From positions 83,348 through 130,801 of the IMG/VR virus record IMGVR_UViG_3300033121_000823: a DNA stretch of 47,454 nucleotides. One strand, 5' to 3'. This stretch comes from a virus (taxonomy: Duplodnaviria; Heunggongvirae; Uroviricota; Caudoviricetes). The position numbers were made by a program, and so were the translations under genes. The notes under the pieces were generated by a model. The model was given only the letters and a program-made list of their open reading frames with translations. It was not told the DNA's origin and did not search any database. Of this stretch, positions 14,326 to 24,244 are shown one piece after another (within the stretch, counting starts at the first letter, position 1; each line of letters opens with the position of its first letter).

Positions 14326-17300
14326 AGAAACGCCTTGAGGATGCGTGGTTAAATATTCCCGGCGAACTACAAGATTCAAAAATCTTCAATCCATTAGAGA
14401 CGATTCCGCCGTTCTTTGAAGAATCGCCGCACCTATACATTCTTTCCCTATTACAAAAACCCGAATACTTATGTTTCGCGGCCAGAGAAATACTTAATGT
14501 TAAGTTATTGCCAATCCAAGCGATGATGATGAGGGAAATGTGGACGCATAAATTTCCAATGCTGATTGCTAGTAGAGGTTTTGGCAAGTGCGAGAAAAAT
14601 TCTTACGTAGAAACTGAAAGCGGCTTCGTAAAAATAGATGATTTAGTTGGAAATATTCCAACGATGACACGTTTATATACGAATAATTTGAAGTTGCGTG
14701 GAATTAATGGATATCAGCCGGTTGAATATGTTTGGAAGAATAATAAGGAAGAATTAGTATGTATAGAAACTGAAGCTGGCTTCAAGAAGATATGTACTAA
14801 GAATCATCCTATAATGACTGTACAGAATGATAAAATAGATTGGCAAGATGCAGGTACTATCGTTGAAGGAGCATATATTCCGATAGTTAGAGATGATAAT
14901 TGGTTTCCAACTCACAATAATATAAATGAGGATTTAGCGTATTTATTTGGGGTTTTAGTCGGAGATGGCGGCTATACAGTTAGAGGAAAAATTACAATAA
15001 CAACAGAAGATTCTGAAATAATAAATAGATGTAATGAAATAGCATTAAAGTATTTTGGAAAAATTTTTAAAAGACAAAAAAGGAAAATATCATATTTATT
15101 GTGTAGTACTTCTATTTGGGATAGACTTTTCTCGGAATTTGGATTTAACAGTTTTGTATGTGCTGAAAAAAGCTTTCCAAAAACTATTCTTCATGCAAAG
15201 AAAAGTACAGTTGCAGCGTTTATTAGTGGTTTATTCGATACTGATGGATATACATCTAAAGATAAGAAATGGTTAGAGTATTGTTCTAAATCTGAAGACT
15301 TAGTAAAAACCTTACAATTTGTACTAACAAAGTTTGGTATTATTTCAAGAGTAAAAAGTCGTCTTAATAAGAAGTATAATAGAAGATACTATTATCTATA
15401 TATATTTGGAGATAATGTAAATATATTTTATGATAAGATAAATTTTAAACTTACTAAAAAAGTAAACAAATTAAAAAGTATATTAACTATAAAAAGTAAT
15501 ACAAATAAAGATATAATTCCGCGTGGATTGTTAAAAAATATTCCAAAGCGAGAATTTTCTAATAAAAAGAATATTACTTATAATATAGCTAAAAAGTATT
15601 CTGGTAATGAAGAGATTATAGCCAAGAATTACTACTATGATAAAGTAAAAAGAATTACTACTTTGGAAGATTATACATATGATGTGTATATTCCTAATGA
15701 CCATTCTTTTTATGCTGACGGCTTTATATCTCATAATAGCTTCACGCTTGCAGTATATTCTCTTCTACGAATGCTTCTACTTCCTGGTCGCCGTATAGTT
15801 ATCGCTGGTAGTGCTTTCCGTCAATCAAAAATCATCTTCAATTATATGGAAAATATATGGAGAAACGCACCTATACTTCGAGACTTATTTTCTGGCGATG
15901 AGTTTGCTGGTCCACGTAGAGAGCCAGATATGTATAGATTCCACCTAGGAGATAGTCTTACACAGGCGATTCCAGTTGGTGATGGTCAAACAATTAGAGG
16001 ATTACGTGCTAACGATATTATAGTTGATGAATTTGCATCAATCTCGCGTGAAGTCTACGAAGTAGTTATTCAAGGGTTCGCGGCCGTTAAGTCTGACCCA
16101 TTCTCCGGTGTTGAGTTTGAGGCGAAGAAAAAACTTTTGTTGGAACATGGAGAAAATCTAGATTCGCTAGACACTGAACAGAACCAAAACAATGAAAACC
16201 AAATTGTTATTTCTGGTACTGCTTTCTATGACTTTAATCACTTTGCCGAATACCACAAAAAATATCATAAAATAATTACTAGCCAAGGTGACATATCTAA
16301 GGTTTCCGAAGTAATGCAAGACTATGAAAAGGAGTCTGCGTTTGATTACAAACAATATAGTATAATGAGAATTCCATATGAGCTTATTCCAAAGGGCTTC
16401 ATGGATGAAGGTATTATATTGGCGGCCAAAGCTACTAGCAATACTGGTCTATTCAGTATGGAATATGGAGCCGTATTTAGTAAGGATTCTTATGGATTCT
16501 TTAAGCGCTCACTGATAGAAAGTTGTGTCGTTTCTCATGAAAATCCAATATCTATCAATGGAGAAGAAATAACATTTACAGCAAAAATGTATGGAGACCT
16601 TAATAAGAAATATATATATGGAATTGACGTAGCGTCCGAACAGGATAGATTTGCTATAGTTATTTTGGAGCTGCATCCCGAACATAGAAGAATAGTACAC
16701 GCATGGTCTACAAATAGAAAAGAGTTTAACCAAAAAGTTAAGGATAATCTTATTAAGGAAACTGACTATTATGGGTATTGCTCTAGAAAGATTCGTGAAT
16801 TAATGAAGCGGTTTCCATGTGAAAGAATCTTAATGGACTCTCAGGGTGGTGGTATTGGTGTTATGGAAGCATTACACGATAATGACAAACTACAAGAGCT
16901 TGAACATCCTATTTGGCCAGTAATTAATCCAGAAAAGCCTGCTGATACAGATGGAAAGCGTGGATTACATATATTGGAAATGGTTAACTTTGCTAGTAGC
17001 GAATGGACTTCCGAAGCTAATCACGGAATGAAGAAAGACTTTGAAGATAAAATATTGTTATTTCCATTCTTCGACTCTGTCGCAATAGAACTAGCAACAA
17101 TAGAAGATGGAAGAACTGGCAAACTATACGATACGTTTGAGGATTGCCTATTAGAAATTGAGGAGTTGAAAAACGAACTTTCCATAATAACTATTACTCG
17201 CTCCTCAAATGGAAGAGATAGATGGGATACTCCAGAAATTAAACTTCCAGGCAATAAGAAGGGTCGCCTACGTAAAGATAGATACTCGGCACTGTTGATG

Positions 17301-17456
17301 GCAAATATGGGCGCAAGAACCTTGCTACGTAAGCCTTATGTTAAGTATGCGATAGATGAAGGTGCTGGCGGATTCGCCGGTTCAACGAAAAGTAAGGGGG
17401 CAAAATATACTGGACCAGAATGGATTACTCAGTCTCTAAACGATTTATATAACTAA
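14313..17456 (+). CDS. terL: Terminase large subunit containing an intein (about 664 aa after splicing)
   Basis: Walker A SRGFGK|S split by intein, Walker B IIVDEF, RNase H-like nuclease YGIDVA ... DSQGGG ... KDRYSA. Confidence 0.92.
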   Translation: MSNIKKRLEDAWLNIPGELQDSKIFNPLETIPPFFEESPHLYILSLLQKPEYLCFAAREILNVKLLPIQAMMMREMWTHKFPMLIASRGFGKCEKNSYVETESGFVKIDDLVGNIPTMTRLYTNNLKLRGINGYQPVEYVWKNNKEELVCIETEAGFKKICTKNHPIMTVQNDKIDWQDAGTIVEGAYIPIVRDDNWFPTHNNINEDLAYLFGVLVGDGGYTVRGKITITTEDSEIINRCNEIALKYFGKIFKRQKRKISYLLCSTSIWDRLFSEFGFNSFVCAEKSFPKTILHAKKSTVAAFISGLFDTDGYTSKDKKWLEYCSKSEDLVKTLQFVLTKFGIISRVKSRLNKKYNRRYYYLYIFGDNVNIFYDKINFKLTKKVNKLKSILTIKSNTNKDIIPRGLLKNIPKREFSNKKNITYNIAKKYSGNEEIIAKNYYYDKVKRITTLEDYTYDVYIPNDHSFYADGFISHNSFTLAVYSLLRMLLLPGRRIVIAGSAFRQSKIIFNYMENIWRNAPILRDLFSGDEFAGPRREPDMYRFHLGDSLTQAIPVGDGQTIRGLRANDIIVDEFASISREVYEVVIQGFAAVKSDPFSGVEFEAKKKLLLEHGENLDSLDTEQNQNNENQIVISGTAFYDFNHFAEYHKKYHKIITSQGDISKVSEVMQDYEKESAFDYKQYSIMRIPYELIPKGFMDEGIILAAKATSNTGLFSMEYGAVFSKDSYGFFKRSLIESCVVSHENPISINGEEITFTAKMYGDLNKKYIYGIDVASEQDRFAIVILELHPEHRRIVHAWSTNRKEFNQKVKDNLIKETDYYGYCSRKIRELMKRFPCERILMDSQGGGIGVMEALHDNDKLQELEHPIWPVINPEKPADTDGKRGLHILEMVNFASSEWTSEANHGMKKDFEDKILLFPFFDSVAIELATIEDGRTGKLYDTFEDCLLEIEELKNELSIITITRSSNGRDRWDTPEIKLPGNKKGRLRKDRYSALLMANMGARTLLRKPYVKYAIDEGAGGFAGSTKSKGAKYTGPEWITQSLNDLYN
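14589..15737 (+). mobile_element. Intein with LAGLIDADG homing endonuclease (residues 93-475, 383 aa)
   Basis: Starts Cys after GFGK, ends ISHN before Ser; LFGVLVGDG and FISGLFDTDG blocks; visibly more AT-rich than flanks. Confidence 0.93.
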
Positions 17457-17457
17457 T

Positions 17458-17475
17458 GGCGTATATACTATTGTA
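17458..17475 (+). promoter_or_regulatory. Putative late promoter motif
   Basis: GGCGTATA-N6-TGTA before the portal start. Confidence 0.5.
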
Positions 17476-17503
17476 CCAATTCAATTACAATAGGATTAAT
17501 CAT

Positions 17504-19609
17504 ATGACCGAACAATATATCACTGGTGACAACTGCTTTTCTTCCTATGCAAAGGAAAATATATATGAAGATAACTTTATCACAAAGGGCAATAATGGAA
17601 GCAGAACATTCCAAAATTTTGATACAAATATTTCCGTAAAGTCCGAGTATTTACGTCAAGACTATAACTATTTCCGCGTTAATGAAGCCGTTCCAAAGAG
17701 ACAAGAAGATAGAACTGCAATGTGTATCGACATATATAAACAGAATGGAGTAGTCCATAATGTTATTGACTTGATGTCAGATTTTTCTTCACAGGGTATA
17801 CGCTTCCAACATCCAATTCCATCAATTAATAGATTTTATGAAGTATTTTCAAAAAAGGTTGGAGTAAAAGAGCGTTCAGAACGATTCGTAAATTACCTTT
17901 TAAAAGGTGGTAGTATAGTAATTAAGAAGAGCTATGCCAAAATTGGAGGAAAAATAGAAAAGAAGTGGAAGGCAGCTTCTTCCGATTTGGAAATAAAAGA
18001 AAAGTTAATAGAGAAAAAAGAAATACCAATCCGCTACACATACTTTCTACCAACGGCTATTGAATTAGTTGGACAAGAAGTTGCCCAATTTATTGGAAAG
18101 CCAATCTATGCAATCCGCCTACCAACTTCATTTCGAAGTACTGTAAATCAGATTGGAAAGAAGATTGACGATAAAATATTAGAGCAGTTGGCTGAACAAA
18201 TTCCTGCGGATATTCGCCAGCAAATAAAAGATAATGCTCCCTATATTATTCCCGACCAAGATAAAATATCTGTATTCCACTATAAGAAGGATGATTGTGA
18301 TTCTTGGGCCGACCCATTAATCGGGCCAATCTTGAGCGACCTCTTACAACTTGAAAAGTATAAGTTGGCCGATATCTCAGCTTTAGATGGTGCTATATCA
18401 AATATTCGTCTTTGGAGATTAGGTATTATTGGAGACAATCCACAAAATACAATCTTACCAAATAAGGCAATGATTAATAAGTTACGAAATATCTTAGCAA
18501 ATAATCCTGCCGGTGGAACTATTGACCTAGTTTGGGGACCAGAATTAGATTTTAAGGAATCAAACAGTCAAGTATGGCGTTTCCTAGGTGCCGAAAAATA
18601 CGAACCTGTATGGAATGCTATCTATGAAGGATTAGGAATTCCTCCAAGTATGCGAGTTTCTGGCAAAGGAAGTTCTGGTACTGGAAATTATGTTGGCCTA
18701 AATACTCTTGTCAAGCGCCTGCAATACGTAAGAGATATCTTAGTTAGTTTTTGGCAGCAAGAATTAGCTTATATTCACGAAGCAATGGGCTTTCCAGGCG
18801 AACCGCCCAAAATAATATTCGACTTTATGGTGTTTGCCGATGAAGCAGCGGAAAAGAAGTTGTGGATTGACCTCTATGATAGAAACTTGGTCAGTGCTGA
18901 AACTATTCAGGAGGTATTCGGCCGATATCCACGTTTTGAAAAGACACGAGTTGTTAAGGAATATCGCTCTATGGAAAATGGCACGTATCCAGATAAGGCT
19001 TCGCCATATCATAATGCAGATAAAGACCACGAATTAAAGAAGATTGCCCTACAGGGTGGCAGTGTTACACCGTCTGAAGTTGGTCTAGATTTGGATGAGA
19101 AAAAGCCGGGCGAAATTCCAGCCATGGAAAAGCAAGCTAAACTTACGCCGAAAACCCCTACATCTTTTCCTTCTACTAAAAAGGGCGGTAGCCCTGGTAG
19201 ACCTAAATCAGTTAAGGAAACTAAGAAGAGAAAACCAAAGCCAAAGGGCAGACCGAGTACAAAGGCTTCAATATTTACTTGGGCAACTAATGCCTATGCC
19301 AAAATAAGCGAAATAATGAATCCGGTCTTACTAAAAACTGTTTCTAAGACAAATATGAGAAAGCTTACTGAGGAAGAAGCAGATTCCTTTGAACTAATAA
19401 AGTTTAGGGCATTATGCAATCTTACTATTTTCTCCGAAGTTAATGAAGAGTCGATAGACCTTACGGGAGAAGCTTACAAAAATGTATATCCAACTTTTGC
19501 AGCAGCGTTGAAAACCTTCAAGTCAATTAATCAAAGAGACCCATCATTAGATGAAGTAAGAACTCTCTATATATCATCTTATGTATTTTTCCTATTAGAT
19601 GGTGTATAA
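17504..19609 (+). CDS. Portal protein
   Basis: Between TerL and protease; size and helical content fit; start placed at MTEQ (AGGA SD). No diagnostic motif confirmed. Confidence 0.8.
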   Translation: MTEQYITGDNCFSSYAKENIYEDNFITKGNNGSRTFQNFDTNISVKSEYLRQDYNYFRVNEAVPKRQEDRTAMCIDIYKQNGVVHNVIDLMSDFSSQGIRFQHPIPSINRFYEVFSKKVGVKERSERFVNYLLKGGSIVIKKSYAKIGGKIEKKWKAASSDLEIKEKLIEKKEIPIRYTYFLPTAIELVGQEVAQFIGKPIYAIRLPTSFRSTVNQIGKKIDDKILEQLAEQIPADIRQQIKDNAPYIIPDQDKISVFHYKKDDCDSWADPLIGPILSDLLQLEKYKLADISALDGAISNIRLWRLGIIGDNPQNTILPNKAMINKLRNILANNPAGGTIDLVWGPELDFKESNSQVWRFLGAEKYEPVWNAIYEGLGIPPSMRVSGKGSSGTGNYVGLNTLVKRLQYVRDILVSFWQQELAYIHEAMGFPGEPPKIIFDFMVFADEAAEKKLWIDLYDRNLVSAETIQEVFGRYPRFEKTRVVKEYRSMENGTYPDKASPYHNADKDHELKKIALQGGSVTPSEVGLDLDEKKPGEIPAMEKQAKLTPKTPTSFPSTKKGGSPGRPKSVKETKKRKPKPKGRPSTKASIFTWATNAYAKISEIMNPVLLKTVSKTNMRKLTEEEADSFELIKFRALCNLTIFSEVNEESIDLTGEAYKNVYPTFAAALKTFKSINQRDPSLDEVRTLYISSYVFFLLDGV

Positions 19610-19618
19610 GCCAATGGA
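19601..19618 (+). promoter_or_regulatory. Putative late promoter motif
   Basis: GGTGTATA-N6-TGGA, running into the GGAGG SD. Confidence 0.55.
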
Positions 19619-19628
19619 GGTACAAAAA

Positions 19629-21026
19629 ATGAATGTATTTAAAAGTGAAATAGAAGATGGAATATCTGAACAAGTGGCTAAGGCTAATTCTATCGCCTTT
19701 ACCTCTACAATCAGTGTAAAAGAGCTACCGCAAGAAGCCTTGGAAAAGGCTTTAGCTATGCAATTTCAGCCAATAACACAAATAGATTTATTCTACTATG
19801 AAAGCATCCTAGTTTCCACAGGCTGGAATAAAAATGATGATGTCTTTGATATTAGGGAAGTAGTTAAGGCGCGAAATACTCCAAGTAATAAACCAGTTAA
19901 CTATATGCACAATGAAAAAGATATAATTGGGCATATGACATCTTCAATATTAATGTCTGAAGGTAAAATTTTACCAGATACTATTAATGAATATCCAGCT
20001 ACGCTTGATGTAATCGTTGGTTCCGTACTTTATAAGTACTGGGAAGACCAAGAACAAAGAGAACGTATAAATAAACTTATCGCAGAGATAGTAGATGATA
20101 AGTGGTGTGTAAGTATGGAATGTATATTTCCACACTTTGATTATGCTATAGTTACACCTAATGGTGAACAAAAGGTTGTTGCTAGAAATGAAGAAACAGC
20201 CTTCCTATCAAAATATTTAAAAGTTTTTGGTGGAAAGGGTGAATATAAAGGATACAGGGTTGGTAGATTACTAAGAGATTTCACTTTTAGTGGAAAAGGA
20301 ATAGTAGACAACCCAGCTAATCCTAGAAGTAAAGTTACAGATACTCATATGAACAGAGCGGAATCTTTTTACGGTGCCGCAGCCTCAATACAAGATATTG
20401 GGTTAAATCAAGAGGAGAAACAAATGTCAAAAGAAATAGAAACTGTAGCAAAGTCTGAATACGACTCTTTAGTTGAAGAATTAAAGGCGTTAAAGGCAAG
20501 TGCTGCCGAGCAAGCTCAGAAGGAAATCGACGATAAGATTAAGTCGATTAGTGCTGAAGTAGATGCTCATAAAGAAATTATTGTTCAAAAGGATTCGGCA
20601 ATTGCCTCCCTAACTGAACAACTAACAGCCGCTAAGAGTGAACTAGAAACTGTGAAGAAAGAACTACAAACTGAGAAATTAAATGTAGTTAAGGCATCAC
20701 GTTTAGCAAAACTTTTAGAAAAGGGCGTATCAGAAGATAAGGCCAAGTCATTAGCTGAAAAGTTTGCATCAATTAGTGAAGAATTATTTACTGAACTTGT
20801 AGATGCCATTCCAACTGAAGCTAAGAAGTCTGATGAAGATATGGAAAAAGAAGAATGCGCCAAGAAGGCCGCTGAAGCTGCTAAGGCTTTAGAAGATGCA
20901 AAGACAAAAGAAGCCGCAGCTTCAATTCCAAATGACAAAAAGGCTGATGATATAATTGCTAAAGCTTCCGCATGGTTTAAGCCAAGCGTAGATAGCTCAA
21001 TCCCACAAAAGAAAAGTAAGAAATAA
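19629..21026 (+). CDS. Prohead protease-like domain fused to coiled-coil scaffold
   Basis: WNKNDDVF, PVNYMH...IIGH, VSMEC, FSGKGIVDNPANPRS N-domain; Ala/Glu/Lys coiled-coil C-half; position before capsid genes. Confidence 0.8.
   Translation: MNVFKSEIEDGISEQVAKANSIAFTSTISVKELPQEALEKALAMQFQPITQIDLFYYESILVSTGWNKNDDVFDIREVVKARNTPSNKPVNYMHNEKDIIGHMTSSILMSEGKILPDTINEYPATLDVIVGSVLYKYWEDQEQRERINKLIAEIVDDKWCVSMECIFPHFDYAIVTPNGEQKVVARNEETAFLSKYLKVFGGKGEYKGYRVGRLLRDFTFSGKGIVDNPANPRSKVTDTHMNRAESFYGAAASIQDIGLNQEEKQMSKEIETVAKSEYDSLVEELKALKASAAEQAQKEIDDKIKSISAEVDAHKEIIVQKDSAIASLTEQLTAAKSELETVKKELQTEKLNVVKASRLAKLLEKGVSEDKAKSLAEKFASISEELFTELVDAIPTEAKKSDEDMEKEECAKKAAEAAKALEDAKTKEAAASIPNDKKADDIIAKASAWFKPSVDSSIPQKKSKK
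20424..21026 (+). CDS. Putative nested scaffold protein (200 aa) from in-frame internal start
   Basis: GAGGAG 6 nt before in-frame ATG 20424, at the start of the coiled-coil region. Confidence 0.55.
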   Translation: MSKEIETVAKSEYDSLVEELKALKASAAEQAQKEIDDKIKSISAEVDAHKEIIVQKDSAIASLTEQLTAAKSELETVKKELQTEKLNVVKASRLAKLLEKGVSEDKAKSLAEKFASISEELFTELVDAIPTEAKKSDEDMEKEECAKKAAEAAKALEDAKTKEAAASIPNDKKADDIIAKASAWFKPSVDSSIPQKKSKK

Positions 21027-21044
21027 TAATAGGAGATATTTACA

Positions 21045-21506
21045 ATGGCATTAAAAGCTGATAGACTATCATTAGACTCTGACATTTCGTTCTTCATGAA
21101 CGAAGTTGCTGAAAGAGGCGGTATTGTTACTATTAGCACTGTTGGTTCTGGCGCTGCTATGGACCAGTCAAGTGCTTTAGCAACTTACGCTGCAAGCCCA
21201 AGCGGTAAGCAAGCCCTAGGTGTTCTAATGTGCGATATGGTCAACAATGACTTAACAAGAATACACGAAAACTACTATAAGGAAGAAGTTCAAAAAGGCG
21301 GTAAAATAACAATTTGGACTAAGGGCCAAGTAACAACCGATATGATTCTTCCAGGCGAATCTCCTGTTGCAGGTAGCAAGGCTTATGTCGCTCACTCTGG
21401 TAACTTGGCGTGCAAAGACGTAATTGGCAGTTGCCAGCAAGTTGGAATCTTCCTATCGTCTAAGGACGAAGATGGATTCGCTAAAGTTTCAATAAACCTA
21501 CCATAA
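21045..21506 (+). CDS. Putative capsid decoration/cement protein
   Basis: 153-aa Gly-rich beta protein between scaffold and major capsid; positional. Confidence 0.6.
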   Translation: MALKADRLSLDSDISFFMNEVAERGGIVTISTVGSGAAMDQSSALATYAASPSGKQALGVLMCDMVNNDLTRIHENYYKEEVQKGGKITIWTKGQVTTDMILPGESPVAGSKAYVAHSGNLACKDVIGSCQQVGIFLSSKDEDGFAKVSINLP

Positions 21507-21527
21507 ATATAAAGGGAGATTAATAAT

Positions 21528-22535
21528 ATGTCGATTTTAAAGTTAGAAAAACCAGAACAGGACGTAATTGACCTTATCGTTCGTTCAGGTGATATGGACC
21601 AAAATGTATCTATGGCCGGACAGCTAGATTTAGCTAAGGCCCTAACAATGCCATTACGCCAAGGCGTATTGGTAGGAGATATTGCTAGTGGTCTTTATCA
21701 AGTTCTACCAATGCTTCCAGGTTCATCGGTTGAATTTCCATTAGACCTTATCGCTCCTGGTGAAGAAGCCGACTTCATTGCCTACACAAATCCTGGTAAT
21801 GGTCGTATTCCAGAACGTCAAGTAGAAGGTGATTACCTAACGGTTCCAACCTACGGTATTACAAGTTCTATCGACTGGTTACTACGTTTTGCCAGAGAAG
21901 CACGTTGGGATGTTGTTGGTCGCGCTATGCAAATTTTCGCAGCTTCATTCGTTAAGAAGATTAACGATGATGCATGGCACACTCTACTATCGGCTGCCGC
22001 TGATAGAAATATTGTTGTGCATGACGCCGATGCTACTGGTGGCCAATTTACTAAGAGATTAGTAAGCTTGCTAAAGACTACAATGATTCGTCAAAGTGGT
22101 GGTAATAAGACATCTATCAATCGTGGTAGACTAACTGATATCTTCCTAAGCCCAGAAGCTCTAGAAGATATTAGAAACTGGGGTCTAGACCAAGTAGATG
22201 AAATGACAAGAAGAGAAATCTTTACAAGCGCTGAAGGAACTCTAACAAGAATCTTCGGAGTTAACTTGCACGACCATGATGAATTTGGTGAAAGCCAAGA
22301 ATATCAACTATTCTACAGTGGTCAACTAGGTGGCACATTACCAGCCGGTGACGTAGAACTAGTAATTGGTCTAGATATGCAGTCAAATGACTCATTCTTA
22401 ATGCCAGTAAAGCAAGAAGTAACAATCTTCCCTGACCAATGGTTGCACAGACAACAAAGAGCTGGTTATTACGGCTGGGCAGAAATGGGCTTCGCAGTAT
22501 TAGACAACAGACGGGTAATCCTAGGTTCGTTCTAA
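21528..22535 (+). CDS. Major capsid protein (HK97 fold expected)
   Basis: 335 aa after protease/scaffold, strong SD, followed by terminator; C-terminal GYYGWAEMGFAVLD..RVILGSF. Confidence 0.85.
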   Translation: MSILKLEKPEQDVIDLIVRSGDMDQNVSMAGQLDLAKALTMPLRQGVLVGDIASGLYQVLPMLPGSSVEFPLDLIAPGEEADFIAYTNPGNGRIPERQVEGDYLTVPTYGITSSIDWLLRFAREARWDVVGRAMQIFAASFVKKINDDAWHTLLSAAADRNIVVHDADATGGQFTKRLVSLLKTTMIRQSGGNKTSINRGRLTDIFLSPEALEDIRNWGLDQVDEMTRREIFTSAEGTLTRIFGVNLHDHDEFGESQEYQLFYSGQLGGTLPAGDVELVIGLDMQSNDSFLMPVKQEVTIFPDQWLHRQQRAGYYGWAEMGFAVLDNRRVILGSF

Positions 22536-22558
22536 TACAATCCAAATAAATCAACATT

Positions 22559-22585
22559 GCGGGTTGCATTGCGACCCGCTTTTTT
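22559..22585 (+). terminator. Intrinsic terminator after MCP
   Basis: GCGGGTTGC-ATT-GCGACCCGC-TTTTTT. Confidence 0.85.
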
Positions 22586-22644
22586 GTATACTACACTAGC
22601 GCTGCCGCTTTGGCTGAACTGGTTTTTAGGAGGACAACGAGGTA

Positions 22645-24231
22645 ATGTTAAGAGACGATAAGACGTTTGAGGTGTTTGGGTATCATATTGATAGCCTTTC
22701 TATTAAGTCATCGAAGGAAATATGCTTGGAGTGCGACTATTGTCATAGTATATTTAATAGAAAGAAAAAGAACAGGACGAAGTCTAATCTAATTTTAGAT
22801 AAGGACGCGTGTGATAAATGCGGTGTCCAAAAAAGAGAAGAAGTATGCATGATACAACACGGAGTAAAGAATCCTGCACAACTATCTAGCGTTAGGCAAA
22901 AAATAAAAGATAGTAAAAATCATATAGATTATGATGCTGTATCATTAAAATATAAGAAGACTATGAAAGAAAAATATGGTGTCGATAATGCCATGCACTC
23001 AAAAATTCTTAGTGATAAACAAAAAGATACGCTTAAAAGTAATTATGGAGTAACTAATCCAACACAAAGTAATGAAATAAAAGAAAAAGTAAAGCAAAGT
23101 ATGCTTGAAAAATATGGAGAAACATCTTTTTTAAAGACTGACGAATGTAAAAAGAAATTTATTGATAAGTATGGAGTAACAAATCCATCATATCTTCCAG
23201 ACCATATAGAGAAGCGTAAAGAGACATGTTTAAAGAAGTATGGCGAGGAACATTATCTTAAAGTAAAAGAAAATGGAAAGATTCATGGTCAGTTTGTGTT
23301 ACAGTCGAAGATTAATAACGGATTAATAAAGCTATACGATGGCAAACCAATATCAGAATATAGAGATTTATCTGGATATTCAGATTCGCATTTCAGAACA
23401 TTAATACATCAACATAGTTTTGATATTGCGCGAAGCATGACTCCGCACGTATCTTCATTAGAAAAAGTTATAGATATATTTCTTAAAGAGAATAATATAG
23501 AATACACTAAGGGAACTATTAGTGGCTATAGACCAGATTTCATAATAGAAAATAAGAAGGTTATAATAGAGACTGATGGTTTATATTGGCATAGTGACGC
23601 TGTCTGCGAGGATAATTCCTATCATATTAAGAAGAGAGAAGCCTATAATGCGGCGGGTTATAGAGCGCTATTCTTTCGCGAAGACGAGATAAGAGATAAA
23701 CTACCAACCGTAAAATCCGTAATACTAAATAGCCTAGGAATGTCTAAGAAGATTTATGCCCGCGACTGCGAACTTATATGGGGCCACCAAGAAACAATGG
23801 TCGCCGGAACCCATCTTATGGGCGCTGGTGCTGGCACTATTTTTTCCCTATTAAACGGCGGTGAAACCGTCGCATCCTTTCAAGTAAAACGAATTAATGG
23901 GAATGATTGGGAATTGTCAAGATTTTGTACGGCGAACGGTATAAGTGTTATCGGAGGATTCTCTAGACTACTTACAGCCTTTGAAAGGGAGATGAAGCCT
24001 GATTCTTTAAAGACCTTCATAGATATGAGATATGGAAGCGGGCACTATTTAACTAAATTTGGCTTTACAGAAGAAACGTGTTACGCAAGCTTTAGATGGA
24101 CGGACTTAAAGAATACATTTCCTAGAACGCGGTTTCGTAGCAATTCTGGATATGATAAGGGAATGTATAAGATATGGGATTGTGGTCAAAAGAAGTTCGT
24201 AAAGGTGTATAAAGTAGTGGATACACTTTAA
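22645..24231 (+). CDS. Free-standing homing endonuclease, Hef-like/DUF559-type, with Zn ribbon and KYG repeats
   Basis: CDYC...CDKC; six (K/N/Q)(Y/H)G repeats; RPDF...IETDGLYWHS PD-(D/E)XK core; C-terminal KIYAR...RFC...VIGGFSRLL...IWDCG block typical of Hef-like phage endonucleases. Confidence 0.8.
   Translation: MLRDDKTFEVFGYHIDSLSIKSSKEICLECDYCHSIFNRKKKNRTKSNLILDKDACDKCGVQKREEVCMIQHGVKNPAQLSSVRQKIKDSKNHIDYDAVSLKYKKTMKEKYGVDNAMHSKILSDKQKDTLKSNYGVTNPTQSNEIKEKVKQSMLEKYGETSFLKTDECKKKFIDKYGVTNPSYLPDHIEKRKETCLKKYGEEHYLKVKENGKIHGQFVLQSKINNGLIKLYDGKPISEYRDLSGYSDSHFRTLIHQHSFDIARSMTPHVSSLEKVIDIFLKENNIEYTKGTISGYRPDFIIENKKVIIETDGLYWHSDAVCEDNSYHIKKREAYNAAGYRALFFREDEIRDKLPTVKSVILNSLGMSKKIYARDCELIWGHQETMVAGTHLMGAGAGTIFSLLNGGETVASFQVKRINGNDWELSRFCTANGISVIGGFSRLLTAFEREMKPDSLKTFIDMRYGSGHYLTKFGFTEETCYASFRWTDLKNTFPRTRFRSNSGYDKGMYKIWDCGQKKFVKVYKVVDTL
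24204..24226 (+). promoter_or_regulatory. Late motif with inverted repeat GTGTAT-N10-ATACAC
   Basis: GGTGTATA-AAGTAG-TGGATACAC, inside the last codons of the endonuclease, before AGGAG SD. Confidence 0.6.
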
Positions 24232-24244
24232 CAAAGGAGAAAAT

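Noticed and set aside
20585-21139. Long antisense ORFs (also 5978..6331, 26633..27121, 27500..27991, 44632..45252)
   Set aside because: Shadows of well-supported genes on the opposite strand.
22592-22640. Riboswitch or guide RNA upstream of the endonuclease
   Set aside because: Only a 4-bp stem (AGCG/CGCT) is visible; too short and weak to support.
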